64,000 nt of DNA from Patescibacteria group bacterium (GTDB taxonomy: Bacteria; Patescibacteriota; JAQUNI01): NCBI GenBank assembly GCA_028717685.1, contig JAQUNI010000001.1:271451-335450 (forward strand). Direction: 5' to 3'. A program made the position numbers and the translations under genes. Positions 8,769 through 17,580 of this stretch are shown one piece after another (position 1 is the first letter of the stretch; every line of letters begins with the position of its first letter). The notes beneath the pieces are model-generated. The model was not told the origin of the DNA and made no database searches. It was given only the letters and a program-made list of their open reading frames with translations.

Positions 8769-11700
8769 TTAGAGTTTTCTGTATTCGCAAATCTCCCGAA
8801 AATCACAATATTTACAGACATAGGGGTTAGGGCACGGAGCGAAGGAGGAAGATTTGATTTTTTGAATCGTTTCGGAAATGTCAGTTTTTAATTTGGTTAA
8901 CTCCTTATCGCTTCCTAAAAATGAAATCTCCTGATTATTTTTGAAAAAGTAAAAGGTTAGTTTTTGCGGCTTAAGGCGCAAAACTTCTTCCGCGGCTAAT
9001 TGGTAAAGCAGGAGCTGAGCGCGCTGGTCGCGGGTAAGACGCTCTCTTGCTTCCCCTGTTTTATAATCCACAATCGCCACCCCGCCATCTACTTCATCCA
9101 CGCGGTCAATGCGACCAATCACGACCGCGCCATCAATTTTTAAACGAAAAGCTTTTTCCACGCCCAGAACCTTGGGCCAATTGTTCTGACGCGCTTCATA
9201 AAATGTTTTCAGCTGTTTTAAGCCTTGTTGTTTATACTTTTTCTGCGTCGCTTCGTCTGGATACCAATCATCAATCCAAGCGTTCTCATAAATCTTTTTT
9301 AATGCCTCCCATGTAATTTTATTGCCCTTATTCCGCAGAGACATTACCTGCGACTTTTCTGTATTTCTAAATCCAAACAAATCGGTTTGCATGGCGTTTT
9401 CTTGGTTTTGCAAAAGATGAAACAAATCATACATTACCTTGTGCATTGCTTGACCAAAGCTATGCTGATAATGACCGCGCTTCGGGATGCGGATGCCAAA
9501 TTGAAACTTGTATTGCAAAGGGCATTTTTGGAAAGCCGCGAGCTGGGAAAAGCTAAAATGTTTAGGAAGCCTTAGGGCTTCTTGCGGAATTCTAATTGTT
9601 TTGGGAATCGCGATTTGCAAATCCTCCAAAACCCGCTTCTCTCGCGGAATAGATAGAGACGCGGAATCTTGCGTCTCTATATTTTTCGCGGCAATGTTGC
9701 ACTCAATCAAAAAGCGGGAGAGTTTTTTAGCTCTGGCGCCACCGTAATTTGCCGCCGAAGTGAAAAACACTCCTTCTTTGGCACGCGTTACGGCAACATA
9801 AAAAAGCCTCCGCTCTTCCTGAAGGTGAATATCACCTTCAGGCAAGATTTCTTTAACCAAGGAATCGGGAATCTCTATCGGGTCGCGGCGGTTGATACTC
9901 GGAAATCTTTTATCCACCATACCTACAATAAACACATAGCGGAATTCCAAGCCCTTCGCTTTATGAATCGTCATAATCTTAACCGCTTCAGGTCCGGCTT
10001 CCAGATCCATATCAAGCGCCCCCTCGTCCCCTGCTTCCTGCTCTAAGTTGATACGTTTAATAAAATCCTGGAGCCTCGCGCGGGTCGTAGTCTCGGTTTC
10101 AAAATTTTTAACTTTTTTGGCGAATTGATTTAAATAAAAAATATTGTCCCGCGTTTCCTGGTCGTCTTTGCCCCCTAAATATTTTAAATATCCAGAATCT
10201 TCCATAAAAGCGAAGAAGACGGCGTGAATTGTCGCGTCGCGGACAATTTGAGAATGTTTTTGAATCAAGGATAAAATTTTCCTGGTTTGATCCTTGCTCT
10301 CCGGGCTGATTCGCAAAAGGTCGGCTTGGAGAAGGGCGCGATACAGACTTGTGCCTTTGCGTCCCGCCCAATAATTCAATTCCACCAGATCTTCGGTTTT
10401 GATTTTGAAGATGGGAAGATTTAAAATGCGGTATAAGCTCGGGCTTTCGTGGTAATTATCCAGAAGATTAAAATAAGCGAGGACATCCATAATAATCGGC
10501 TTTTTGTATAAGCCTCGGCTCGCAGCCCAAACATAAGGCACGCCCGCTTCTTTCAAGCCGTGCGCGAAAATCTCGGAGATTTCATTGGTGCGCGACAGGA
10601 TGGCAAAATCGTTCCAAGTCAAATCTTTATTCCTTTGTATTAAATCCACCATCTTTTTGACCACTTTTTCCACTTCTCTCTTCTGATCCGAAAGATGCAA
10701 ATGTTCCACCATCCCTTTCTCGCCAGTTTGCGACTGCAACTTTTTGCTCACTTTGCCGCCGAGCTTAACCTCTAGGCGTTCCGGATTATTGAGTTTAATA
10801 AATTCATAAGATAAATCCAAAATATTCTGGCGCGAACGGTAATTATTGGTAATAAAGACTTCGGCAGAATCCGGATAGTCGCGTTTAAATTCCAAAATAT
10901 TGGAAACTGACGCCCCGCGGAATTTATAGATTGATTGGTCATCGTCGCCAGTCACGGTCAAATTGTTTTCAGGCCGGCTGAGAAGTTTCACTAATTCGTA
11001 TTGCGCGTAATTGGTGTCCTGAAATTCATCCACGAGAATATATTTAAAACGGTTTTGATAAAGGGCTAGAACCGAGGGGCGCGACTGCAAGAGTTTTAAA
11101 GCGTAATTAATAAGGTCGCCAAAGTCCAAAGCATTGTTCTGCAGTAATAAGTCTTGATATACTTTGTACGCTTTGGCGACTTCCAAAAGCCGCTCCCCTT
11201 CCCCACTCGCGCGGTCTCTTTCCTCCAGAGCCGCGCCCTGATCCAGTTTCATGTTCTCGGCATATTCCAAATATTCCGCGGGTGAGATTAATTCATCTTT
11301 TAAACGCGAGAAGTGCTGAACAAGGGCTTGGATAAATTTAGTCGGATTGCCCAAGGGTTTGTAATAATCTAGATCAAATTTGTCCAGATTTTCGCGAATT
11401 AAAATCCATTGGTCTGTGGCGTTTAATAATTTAAAATCATTGGGGAGACCGATGTCCAAGGCGTGCTCTTTTAAAATCCTTTGCCCCAGCCCGTGAAAGG
11501 TATCAATCCAAATATCCACATAGCCATAGGGCAAAAGCTCGTCCACGCGATTCTCCATTTCCTCGGCGGCTTTTTCCGTAAAGGTTACGGCTAAGATTTC
11601 TTCGGGCTTGGCTAAACCTTTGTAAATCAAATAGGCAATGCGGCGGGTAATGACCGTAGTTTTTCCAGTCCCCGCGCCAGCCACAATTAAAAGCGGACCC

Positions 11701-11822
11701 TGCCCGTGCGTTACCGCTTCCTTTTGCGCAGGGTTTAGGTTTTGCAAAAAATCTTTACTTTTTGACTCTTTTATTTTATTATCCATATCAGATTGATCAA
11801 ATAAGGGTGTTGTTGTTTTCAT
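8769..11822 (-). CDS. UvrD/PcrA-family ATP-dependent DNA helicase fused to a C-terminal PD-(D/E)XK (Cas4/AddB-like) nuclease domain with a Cys cluster
   Basis: Walker A is GAGTGKTTVITRRIAY and UvrD helicase motifs are present. The C-terminus has ...DRVDEV...IVDYKTG plus CPLQYKF...CPNPYVCKYCDFREIC, a 4-Cys arrangement as in Cas4/AddB nucleases. The start is probably the internal Met (MKTTTPLF). The track ORF extends to 11879 across a repeat element. Confidence 0.8.
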   Translation of the reverse strand: MKTTTPLFDQSDMDNKIKESKSKDFLQNLNPAQKEAVTHGQGPLLIVAGAGTGKTTVITRRIAYLIYKGLAKPEEILAVTFTEKAAEEMENRVDELLPYGYVDIWIDTFHGLGQRILKEHALDIGLPNDFKLLNATDQWILIRENLDKFDLDYYKPLGNPTKFIQALVQHFSRLKDELISPAEYLEYAENMKLDQGAALEERDRASGEGERLLEVAKAYKVYQDLLLQNNALDFGDLINYALKLLQSRPSVLALYQNRFKYILVDEFQDTNYAQYELVKLLSRPENNLTVTGDDDQSIYKFRGASVSNILEFKRDYPDSAEVFITNNYRSRQNILDLSYEFIKLNNPERLEVKLGGKVSKKLQSQTGEKGMVEHLHLSDQKREVEKVVKKMVDLIQRNKDLTWNDFAILSRTNEISEIFAHGLKEAGVPYVWAASRGLYKKPIIMDVLAYFNLLDNYHESPSLYRILNLPIFKIKTEDLVELNYWAGRKGTSLYRALLQADLLRISPESKDQTRKILSLIQKHSQIVRDATIHAVFFAFMEDSGYLKYLGGKDDQETRDNIFYLNQFAKKVKNFETETTTRARLQDFIKRINLEQEAGDEGALDMDLEAGPEAVKIMTIHKAKGLEFRYVFIVGMVDKRFPSINRRDPIEIPDSLVKEILPEGDIHLQEERRLFYVAVTRAKEGVFFTSAANYGGARAKKLSRFLIECNIAAKNIETQDSASLSIPREKRVLEDLQIAIPKTIRIPQEALRLPKHFSFSQLAAFQKCPLQYKFQFGIRIPKRGHYQHSFGQAMHKVMYDLFHLLQNQENAMQTDLFGFRNTEKSQVMSLRNKGNKITWEALKKIYENAWIDDWYPDEATQKKYKQQGLKQLKTFYEARQNNWPKVLGVEKAFRLKIDGAVVIGRIDRVDEVDGGVAIVDYKTGEARERLTRDQRAQLLLYQLAAEEVLRLKPQKLTFYFFKNNQEISFLGSDKELTKLKTDISETIQKIKSSSFAPCPNPYVCKYCDFREICEYRKL

Positions 11823-11825
11823 AAA

Positions 11826-11980
11826 GGATCGTTGGCTCCATAGTCTAAAGCGATAGCGAGGACTGTGGAGCCAGAGCACAAAATAACGTTCAATACCAGG
11901 ATAAAGTATAGAAAAGAAGAAAGGTCTGCATTATGGTCCCATAGGGCTTGCGCCACTATGGAGCCAACGATGATTGACCT
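11826..11980. repeat. Palindromic repeat (TGGCTCCATAGTC ... GACTRTGGAGCCA family), copy 1
   Basis: A TGGCTCCATAGTC-loop-GACTGTGGAGCCA hairpin, followed by GCCACTATGGAGCCAACGATG. It matches elements at 24170-24345. Confidence 0.6.
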
Positions 11981-12036
11981 TTTACCATAACTGTAATAGA
12001 TAGAAAAGGAATGACGCAAAAAGGAGGTGTGAGACG

Positions 12037-12306
12037 ATGAGAATGGAAATAAGAAAACGCGACTGGTTAGAACTTGCTCTTTTTTTGGCTATTAGCGCTA
12101 CCATTACAATTATTGGGTTTGTGCAAACGAAGAATATAGCTTGGCGCATTCTTTCCCTCCCCGTGGGAATCCTGTTCGGGGTTTGCATTGCCTATTGGGC
12201 GCCTAATTCAGTCATCAAAATTAAGAAGGCAAAGCCTAACAAGAGAATCCGGGGGAGAGTTGCTGAAGCAGTTGCTGAAATACGCCTGCGCCGGCGTCCA
12301 TTATAA
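12037..12306 (+). CDS. Small membrane protein (hypothetical)
   Basis: An AGGAGG RBS lies upstream. Two TM helices. A bidirectional terminator hairpin follows. Confidence 0.5.
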   Translation: MRMEIRKRDWLELALFLAISATITIIGFVQTKNIAWRILSLPVGILFGVCIAYWAPNSVIKIKKAKPNKRIRGRVAEAVAEIRLRRRPL

Positions 12307-12308
12307 TG

Positions 12309-12340
12309 CACAGTTCAAGCCGCAAGCTTGAACTTTTTTT
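12309..12340. terminator. Bidirectional Rho-independent terminator
   Basis: GTTCAAGC-CGCA-AGCTTGAAC hairpin followed by TTTTTTTA. It sits between convergent genes (12037..12306 on + and rmuC on -). Confidence 0.6.
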
Positions 12341-12344
12341 ATTT

Positions 12345-13460
12345 TCATAATTCCTGATTCCTAATTCCTAATTCCTGCTTCTGTTCTTTGGGCGTTTCCA
12401 GCATATCAATGCGATCAATTTTGGTGGAAAGCTTTATATATTCGTTATTGGTAGTGTCCATCATATTCTTGGCGTTATTCACATGGCGGGAAAGGATGGA
12501 AAGATTTTTACCAAATTTATCCGCATCCTGTCTAATGCCTTTTAGCGCGTTTAAAATTTCTTTGGCGGCGTCTTCGATTTTCGCTCCTTCCAAACCGACC
12601 ATCACAACTTTCAAAAAATAATAAAAACTATTCGGGGATACGAGAAACACGCGTTTACTTTGGGCATATTCATTTAAGTTATCGTCGTCCATCACAACAT
12701 CATACCAAAGACTTTCGCTCGGCACGTACATCACGGCAAAATCCACTGTCCCCTCTTGCGGCAGAATATATTTTTTGGCGATGTCATCAATATGTTTTTT
12801 AACATCGCGCAAGAATTCGCGGCGAAAAGAGGTTTTTGTGATTTCATCCGGCGCTTGGGAGGCTTTGCGAAAATTTTCCATCGGGAATTTGGAATCAATC
12901 GGAATAATATTATCTTTATTTTTGACAATCGCGTCCACAGTCTGACCTTCTTTAAATTTATACTGCAGGCTATAACAATTTTTGGGTAACATTTGATCCA
13001 ACAAGTCATGCAAAACCTGCTCGCCAAGATTGCCGCGCAGTTTGGGCGAACGCAAAAAGTCCTGGAAATCTTTCATCTGGTGACCAATCTCCTGCATTCC
13101 GCCAAGAGCCTTGGAAACTGTGCCAATAATTTTGGCGGCATTGTCTAGGCGTTCGTTGATGGATTTATTGGTTTGGGATAGTTGGGTTTGCAAATTGTTA
13201 TTCGTCTGGTTTAAATTTTGGTGCATTTCACGGCGCACTTCGTTAATCATTTCCAGAGTTTTTTGCGTGGATTCGCGCGTGTCGCGGAAAATTCTTTCAT
13301 TATCCGTTTTGGTGTTTTCCATTAAACGTTGCATCATTTCAAGGGCAGGGTCAGAATCTTTAGTTTTGTTTAAATTTTGGAGACGATAAATTAAGTACGC
13401 AATCGCGCCCAAAATAGCAAGACCGATGAGGATTAAAACTATTTCCATTTTAACTGTCAT
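12345..13460 (-). CDS. rmuC: DNA recombination protein RmuC
   Basis: 371 aa. N-terminal TM, a long coiled-coil, and a C-terminal RmuC nuclease-like domain (…VDFAVMYVPSESLWY…). Confidence 0.8.
   Translation of the reverse strand: MTVKMEIVLILIGLAILGAIAYLIYRLQNLNKTKDSDPALEMMQRLMENTKTDNERIFRDTRESTQKTLEMINEVRREMHQNLNQTNNNLQTQLSQTNKSINERLDNAAKIIGTVSKALGGMQEIGHQMKDFQDFLRSPKLRGNLGEQVLHDLLDQMLPKNCYSLQYKFKEGQTVDAIVKNKDNIIPIDSKFPMENFRKASQAPDEITKTSFRREFLRDVKKHIDDIAKKYILPQEGTVDFAVMYVPSESLWYDVVMDDDNLNEYAQSKRVFLVSPNSFYYFLKVVMVGLEGAKIEDAAKEILNALKGIRQDADKFGKNLSILSRHVNNAKNMMDTTNNEYIKLSTKIDRIDMLETPKEQKQELGIRNQEL
12346..12376. repeat. Tandem heptamer array (ATTCCTN)x4, the reverse complement of NAGGAAT
   Basis: attcctgattcctaattcctaattcctg, overlapping the 3' end of rmuC. 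The same heptamer family occurs at 47984-48050 and 48407-48440. Confidence 0.6.
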
Positions 13461-13540
13461 TCCCGTCCGCCTTAGGCGGAGGAATCCAGGATTAGTGCTT
13501 GTAGACCTGGATCCCCGATCAAGTTGGGGATGACAAATTA
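13461..13540. repeat. Structured palindromic element of about 80 nt (three hairpins), copy 1
   Basis: tcattcc-CG..GG-gaatcc / CCAGG..CCTGG / atccccga..tcggggat-gaca. Its reverse complement aligns at roughly 80% identity with 50703-50790, with compensatory substitutions in the stems. Confidence 0.6.
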
Positions 13541-13804
13541 AATTATTGAACTAAGTTTATTATATCAATAAAAGGAGGATAAAAAAAGGATTAAAAAAAA
13601 GACCAAAAATGGTCTTTAGATGCCGAGAATATTGTGAGCTATGAAATTGGCTACACGTTCGGCATTTTTTCCGTCAACGATTTTTGAATTGAAGCATGAA
13701 AAGTTAATTTGGTCAAATTTAAGGGGAAAAAATTTATAACCCCTCCAACCTCCCCTTGTCAGGGGGAAATTATTTTCAAAACCACTCTTTTAGAAAGGGA
13801 GGTT

Positions 13805-14482
13805 TTAGGGCACAATAATTACAAACTCCCCTTTCCCCTTCTTGCCTGTAAAATACTTTTTTGCTTCTTCTATATTGCCTTGAAAAATATCTTCAAACAT
13901 TTTTGTCAGCTCGCTCGCGACAATAACTTCTTTTTCCAGACTAAAAACTACAGCCAGATTCTCTAAAGCCTTTTGGAGACGGTATCGGGATTCATAAAAA
14001 ACAATGGGGCGGGTTTTTATTTCCGCCAGTTGCGCAAAAAAAGTTTGGCGACCTTTTTTGTGCGGCGGGTAGCCCAAAAAAGTAAATCTATTTGTCGGAA
14101 TGCCGGCTACAGATAAAGCCGCGATTAAGGCTGAAGGTCCGGGAATGGGAATGATTTTGGTTTCAGGTAAATTTTGACGAATAAATTGAATGAGTTTCCC
14201 CGCAGGATCCGCAATAGCAGGCGTGCCCGCATCCGTGACCAAAGCGATGTTTTGACCTTGTGCCAGCGCATTTTTAATCCCCAGATAAGTTTTTTCCCCT
14301 GAATGCTCGTGATAACTTTTTAAAGGTTTCTGAATCTCATAGCGGGCAAGCAATTTGCTCGTCACGCGCGTATCTTCGGCTAAAATTAAATCCGCGCTTT
14401 TTAAAATTTCTAAAGCGCGAAGAGTAATGTCTTTTAAGTTTCCGATGGGGGTGGCGACAATATACAAGGTCATAATTTTCAA
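13805..14482 (-). CDS. rsmI: 16S rRNA (cytidine1402-2'-O)-methyltransferase RsmI
   Basis: Tetrapyrrole-methylase fold. N-terminus LYIVATPIGNLKDITLRALEIL...ILAEDTR is characteristic of RsmI. Confidence 0.85.
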   Translation of the reverse strand: MKIMTLYIVATPIGNLKDITLRALEILKSADLILAEDTRVTSKLLARYEIQKPLKSYHEHSGEKTYLGIKNALAQGQNIALVTDAGTPAIADPAGKLIQFIRQNLPETKIIPIPGPSALIAALSVAGIPTNRFTFLGYPPHKKGRQTFFAQLAEIKTRPIVFYESRYRLQKALENLAVVFSLEKEVIVASELTKMFEDIFQGNIEEAKKYFTGKKGKGEFVIIVP

Positions 14483-14609
14483 TTTTCAATTTCTAATTTC
14501 TATTAAATTTTCAATGGATTAATTTTTAATGAAAGAATAAGGTTGTTTTATCATTTGAAAATTGAGTCATTAAAATTCATTGAAAATTGAAAATTAGTAA
14601 ATTGTGAAT

Positions 14610-15701
14610 TTATTTTATTGTTTCCCTTAATAAATCAATCACCATACTATACATCCTCAAATTATGGATTGTGGCTAAGCGGTAAGCGGCGGTGTCTTCG
14701 ATTTTGAATAAATGATGCAAATAGGCGCGGGAATAATGCTGGCAGGTGTGGCAATCGCAAAACTCACTTATGGGACGTTTATCCCGCACGTATTTTTCTT
14801 CGCCAATGCGGAAATAATCGTAAATTTTTTCTTCTTTTTGAAAATCAATCTCTTTGGGGTCTTTTTTAAAAACATAAAGCCGCTTGTGCCTGCCGTCGCG
14901 AGTCGGCAAAACGCAGTCAAAAATGTGGTAGCCCATTTTGAAGCCTTCTACGATTTCCTGCGGTTTGCCAATCCCGAGAGCGAATTTAGGAAAATGTTCG
15001 GGAATTAAAGAGGCTGTATAGCGGACAATATCAAAATTAAATTTCCCATCTTCACCCATGGGCCAGCCACCAAAAGCATAAGCGGAAAAATCTAACGCTA
15101 ATAAGCCCTTCGCGCATTCCTCGCGCAAATCTTTGTGCTCCCCGCCTTGAACCACGGCAAAAAGCAAAGGGGCATTTTCTTGGCTGATTTTACGGCTCGC
15201 AAGTTGGCGTTCATATTCTGCCTTGCACCTCCCTGCCCAGGCAATCGTTCGTTGCACGCTTCCCGCGATTTCTTCTTTGGACGCGCTTCCTTTCGGGCAA
15301 TCATCCAAACAAATCATAATATCCGAGCCGATATTAAATTGGATGGCAATGGATTTTTCAGGAGTCAATTTATATTTTTTGTTCTGCCGCTTGAAAACTA
15401 CGCCCTCGTCCCGCACTTCGCCAAGGGACTTGTTCATATAAATCATAGACAAAATCTGGAAACCGCCGGAATCAGAAGCAAGTAATCCCTGCCAACCCAT
15501 AAAATTCTTTAAGCCGCCAAATTTCTTTAATACGCTCATCCCTGGATTGTGCATCAAATGATACGCGTTCACCATTACAGCTTCAATGCCCACGCGCTTC
15601 ACATCCTCCATATCCGTACTGCGCACTACTGCCCGCGTGGCATCAGGAAGATAAAGCGGCAATTTAAAGTCGCGCCCTTTAATTTTTAATTGATTTAACA
15701 T
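14610..15701 (-). CDS. tgt: Queuine tRNA-ribosyltransferase
   Basis: LPLYLPDAT…VMVNAYHL matches the TGT catalytic region. C-terminal zinc site is CDCHTCQHYSRAYLHHL. Confidence 0.9.
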   Translation of the reverse strand: MLNQLKIKGRDFKLPLYLPDATRAVVRSTDMEDVKRVGIEAVMVNAYHLMHNPGMSVLKKFGGLKNFMGWQGLLASDSGGFQILSMIYMNKSLGEVRDEGVVFKRQNKKYKLTPEKSIAIQFNIGSDIMICLDDCPKGSASKEEIAGSVQRTIAWAGRCKAEYERQLASRKISQENAPLLFAVVQGGEHKDLREECAKGLLALDFSAYAFGGWPMGEDGKFNFDIVRYTASLIPEHFPKFALGIGKPQEIVEGFKMGYHIFDCVLPTRDGRHKRLYVFKKDPKEIDFQKEEKIYDYFRIGEEKYVRDKRPISEFCDCHTCQHYSRAYLHHLFKIEDTAAYRLATIHNLRMYSMVIDLLRETIK

Positions 15702-15847
15702 ATTTTTATCTTACCGTTTATTCCGCGCCAGGTCAAAAAGCCGACAAAAAACGGCTTACAAAAAGCCATTTTTTGAGTGGACTGTGTCACGCCGAAGGCG
15801 ATGTAATTATAGGTTATACCTGTCCGAATTCTCCAATCCATTATATC

Positions 15848-16732
15848 CTATTTCACAACATACGTCCCATCCAATAGGTCACCGATGCCTTTACGCTCAT
15901 TGACACGAGCCTTTTGCACCAGAGAGTCATACTTTATCAGTCTGGCATATTCTTGTTTCCCTTTCTTGCCGGATGCCGCCAATACATCCTCCACAATAAT
16001 CGGTTCCACCTCTACTGGAAGATCTTTAATATACTCCGCGTAAATTTTTCGTATTTTCTCTAAAGCTTGATGATCTCCATTGTCCTTATCTTCCAGAGTG
16101 TTATGGAGAATGTCTTTTATATTTTTCTTATCCTCTTCTGTTATGATATTAATGAGATTCGCGCCATCGTGTTCTATGCTGTATAAAGCATGCACGAACA
16201 TAATCCACGCGCGAGTCATATGAAACTCATTTGTGAGAATATGTATTTTTTCCAATTTACCAACTATTTCTCTATGCTCATTAACCCATGAAGCGAGGGC
16301 TTTTGCGTTTCCTTGCGTAGACCCACCCGATGGGAGCGCTGTTACGATGTTTTCCGAAAAATGATACTTTTTCAACAATTTCTCGCGAGCAGCATCCGCA
16401 CGAGATATTTCTTTTGCGGAACCATCCTCTCTTTTTATCTTTTCGGTTCCGCCTGTAGTGAAGATATGTATATTTGGATACTTCTCCTGATATTCCTGCA
16501 ACGCCCGCAAACGAGAGTCGCCGCCGCTAACTTCTTTCGGTTTTCCATCGCGTCCAATGGGCATATCCTTCTTGATTGTGTCAAGATGAAGCGGAAAATG
16601 CTCAAATTGCGCATTAGGGGTCTCACGGAGACTTGCTCCAAGCATAACCACTATCTCCATCTTCTGTTTTTCTTGCTCTCGCTTTTCAACCGCGTTTTGT
16701 GGTATCTCACTAGCTTCAGAAGAGTTTTTCAT
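15848..16732 (-). CDS. DUF218 (YdcF/ElyC-like) domain protein
   Basis: IHIFTTGG and ILTNEFHMTRAW resemble the conserved GG / vTs.yHm.Ra motifs of the DUF218 family. Moderate similarity only. Confidence 0.45.
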   Translation of the reverse strand: MKNSSEASEIPQNAVEKREQEKQKMEIVVMLGASLRETPNAQFEHFPLHLDTIKKDMPIGRDGKPKEVSGGDSRLRALQEYQEKYPNIHIFTTGGTEKIKREDGSAKEISRADAAREKLLKKYHFSENIVTALPSGGSTQGNAKALASWVNEHREIVGKLEKIHILTNEFHMTRAWIMFVHALYSIEHDGANLINIITEEDKKNIKDILHNTLEDKDNGDHQALEKIRKIYAEYIKDLPVEVEPIIVEDVLAASGKKGKQEYARLIKYDSLVQKARVNERKGIGDLLDGTYVVK

Positions 16733-16868
16733 AAAATTCAGCTTGAATAAGAATCTGATATTTTGGCGGTCGCGACGGGTACCCTACGCCTGCGGCTTCG
16801 GAATACCTGCTTCACCCTCAAGACTACGTCTACTTGGTAAAGCCATTCCAAAGCTCGCGAGCGAAGGA

Positions 16869-16944
16869 TGGCGGTCGCGACGGGAGTCGAACCCGCGATT
16901 TCCTCCGTGACAGGGAGGCGTGTTAACCACTACACTACACGACC
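16869..16944 (-). tRNA. tRNA-Asp (GTC)
   Basis: Clear cloverleaf on the reverse strand: GGTCGTG…TTCGACTCCCG…CGCGACC-G-CCA. The anticodon loop CTGTCAC gives anticodon GTC. Confidence 0.85.
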
Positions 16945-17091
16945 ATATCGCATTTTATTAAGATGAAAATATTGAAAAATATTGAGAGGGAATAAATTTG
17001 GGGCAGGGCGGGCATGTAATCTTCTGCGTGACAGGCAGACGTATTTCCAACCGAGCTTGGGCTACCGCTTCAAAAATAGAATTTGAAAATT

Positions 17092-17166
17092 TGTAGCGGT
17101 GGAGGGATTTGAACCCCCGACACGTTGGTTATGATCCAACTGCTCTAACCACTGAGCTACACCGCC
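17092..17166 (-). tRNA. tRNA-Met (CAT), elongator-type (or tRNA-Ile2 with lysidine)
   Basis: The reverse-strand cloverleaf has D-arm GCTCAGTGGTTAGAGC, anticodon loop ATCATAA and T-loop TTCAAAT. A CAT anticodon cannot distinguish Met from Ile2 without modification data. Confidence 0.7.
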
Positions 17167-17319
17167 CCAATTTCATTGTTCTATTGTTTAATTGTTCTAT
17201 TGTTAATTAAGACAAATACAACAATAATGAAGCAACGAAATAATAATAACAAAAAATTTAGAAAAATCTTCCTAAATTACTCAAAGCAATTCTGTATTGC
17301 CAACTAACATTTACCTTGT

Positions 17320-17391
17320 TGCGGGAGGGGGATTCGAACCCCCGACCTCGAGGTTATGGGCCTCGCGAGCTACCACTGCTCTATCCCGCGA
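17320..17391 (-). tRNA. tRNA-Met (CAT), possibly initiator (C1·A72 mismatch)
   Basis: Reverse-strand cloverleaf CGCGGGA…CCCATAA…GGGGGTTCGAATCCCCC-TCCCGCA-A. The acceptor end has an unpaired C1/A72, as in bacterial tRNA-fMet, but the anticodon stem has only two G-C pairs adjacent to the loop. Confidence 0.65.
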
Positions 17392-17467
17392 TAATTCAAC
17401 ATCTTATTTTAAACAAAGCATTACTTACAAATATAACATAGATTAACAAAAAAGAAAAGTCCCCATC

Positions 17468-17580
17468 GGAATTTTAAATTTTAATTTCTAAATTTTAAAT
17501 CAATTTTAAAATCCTAATTTTAAAATAAATAAAAAGAGAGGAAATTTTAAAATTAAAAAATTTAGAATTTAAAATTAGTT
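17468..17580. repeat. AT-rich dispersed repeat of about 110 nt, copy 1
   Basis: This stretch is about 85% identical to 35565-35700: caattttaaaatcctaattttaaa…aaaattaaaaaatttaRaatttRRatt. Both copies lie directly 3' of the stop codon of a minus-strand gene. Confidence 0.6.

Noticed and set aside
11819-12019. 66-aa ORF
   Set aside because: It consists of the GGCTCCATAGTC palindromic repeat element. A similar repeat at 24170-24345 is non-coding.
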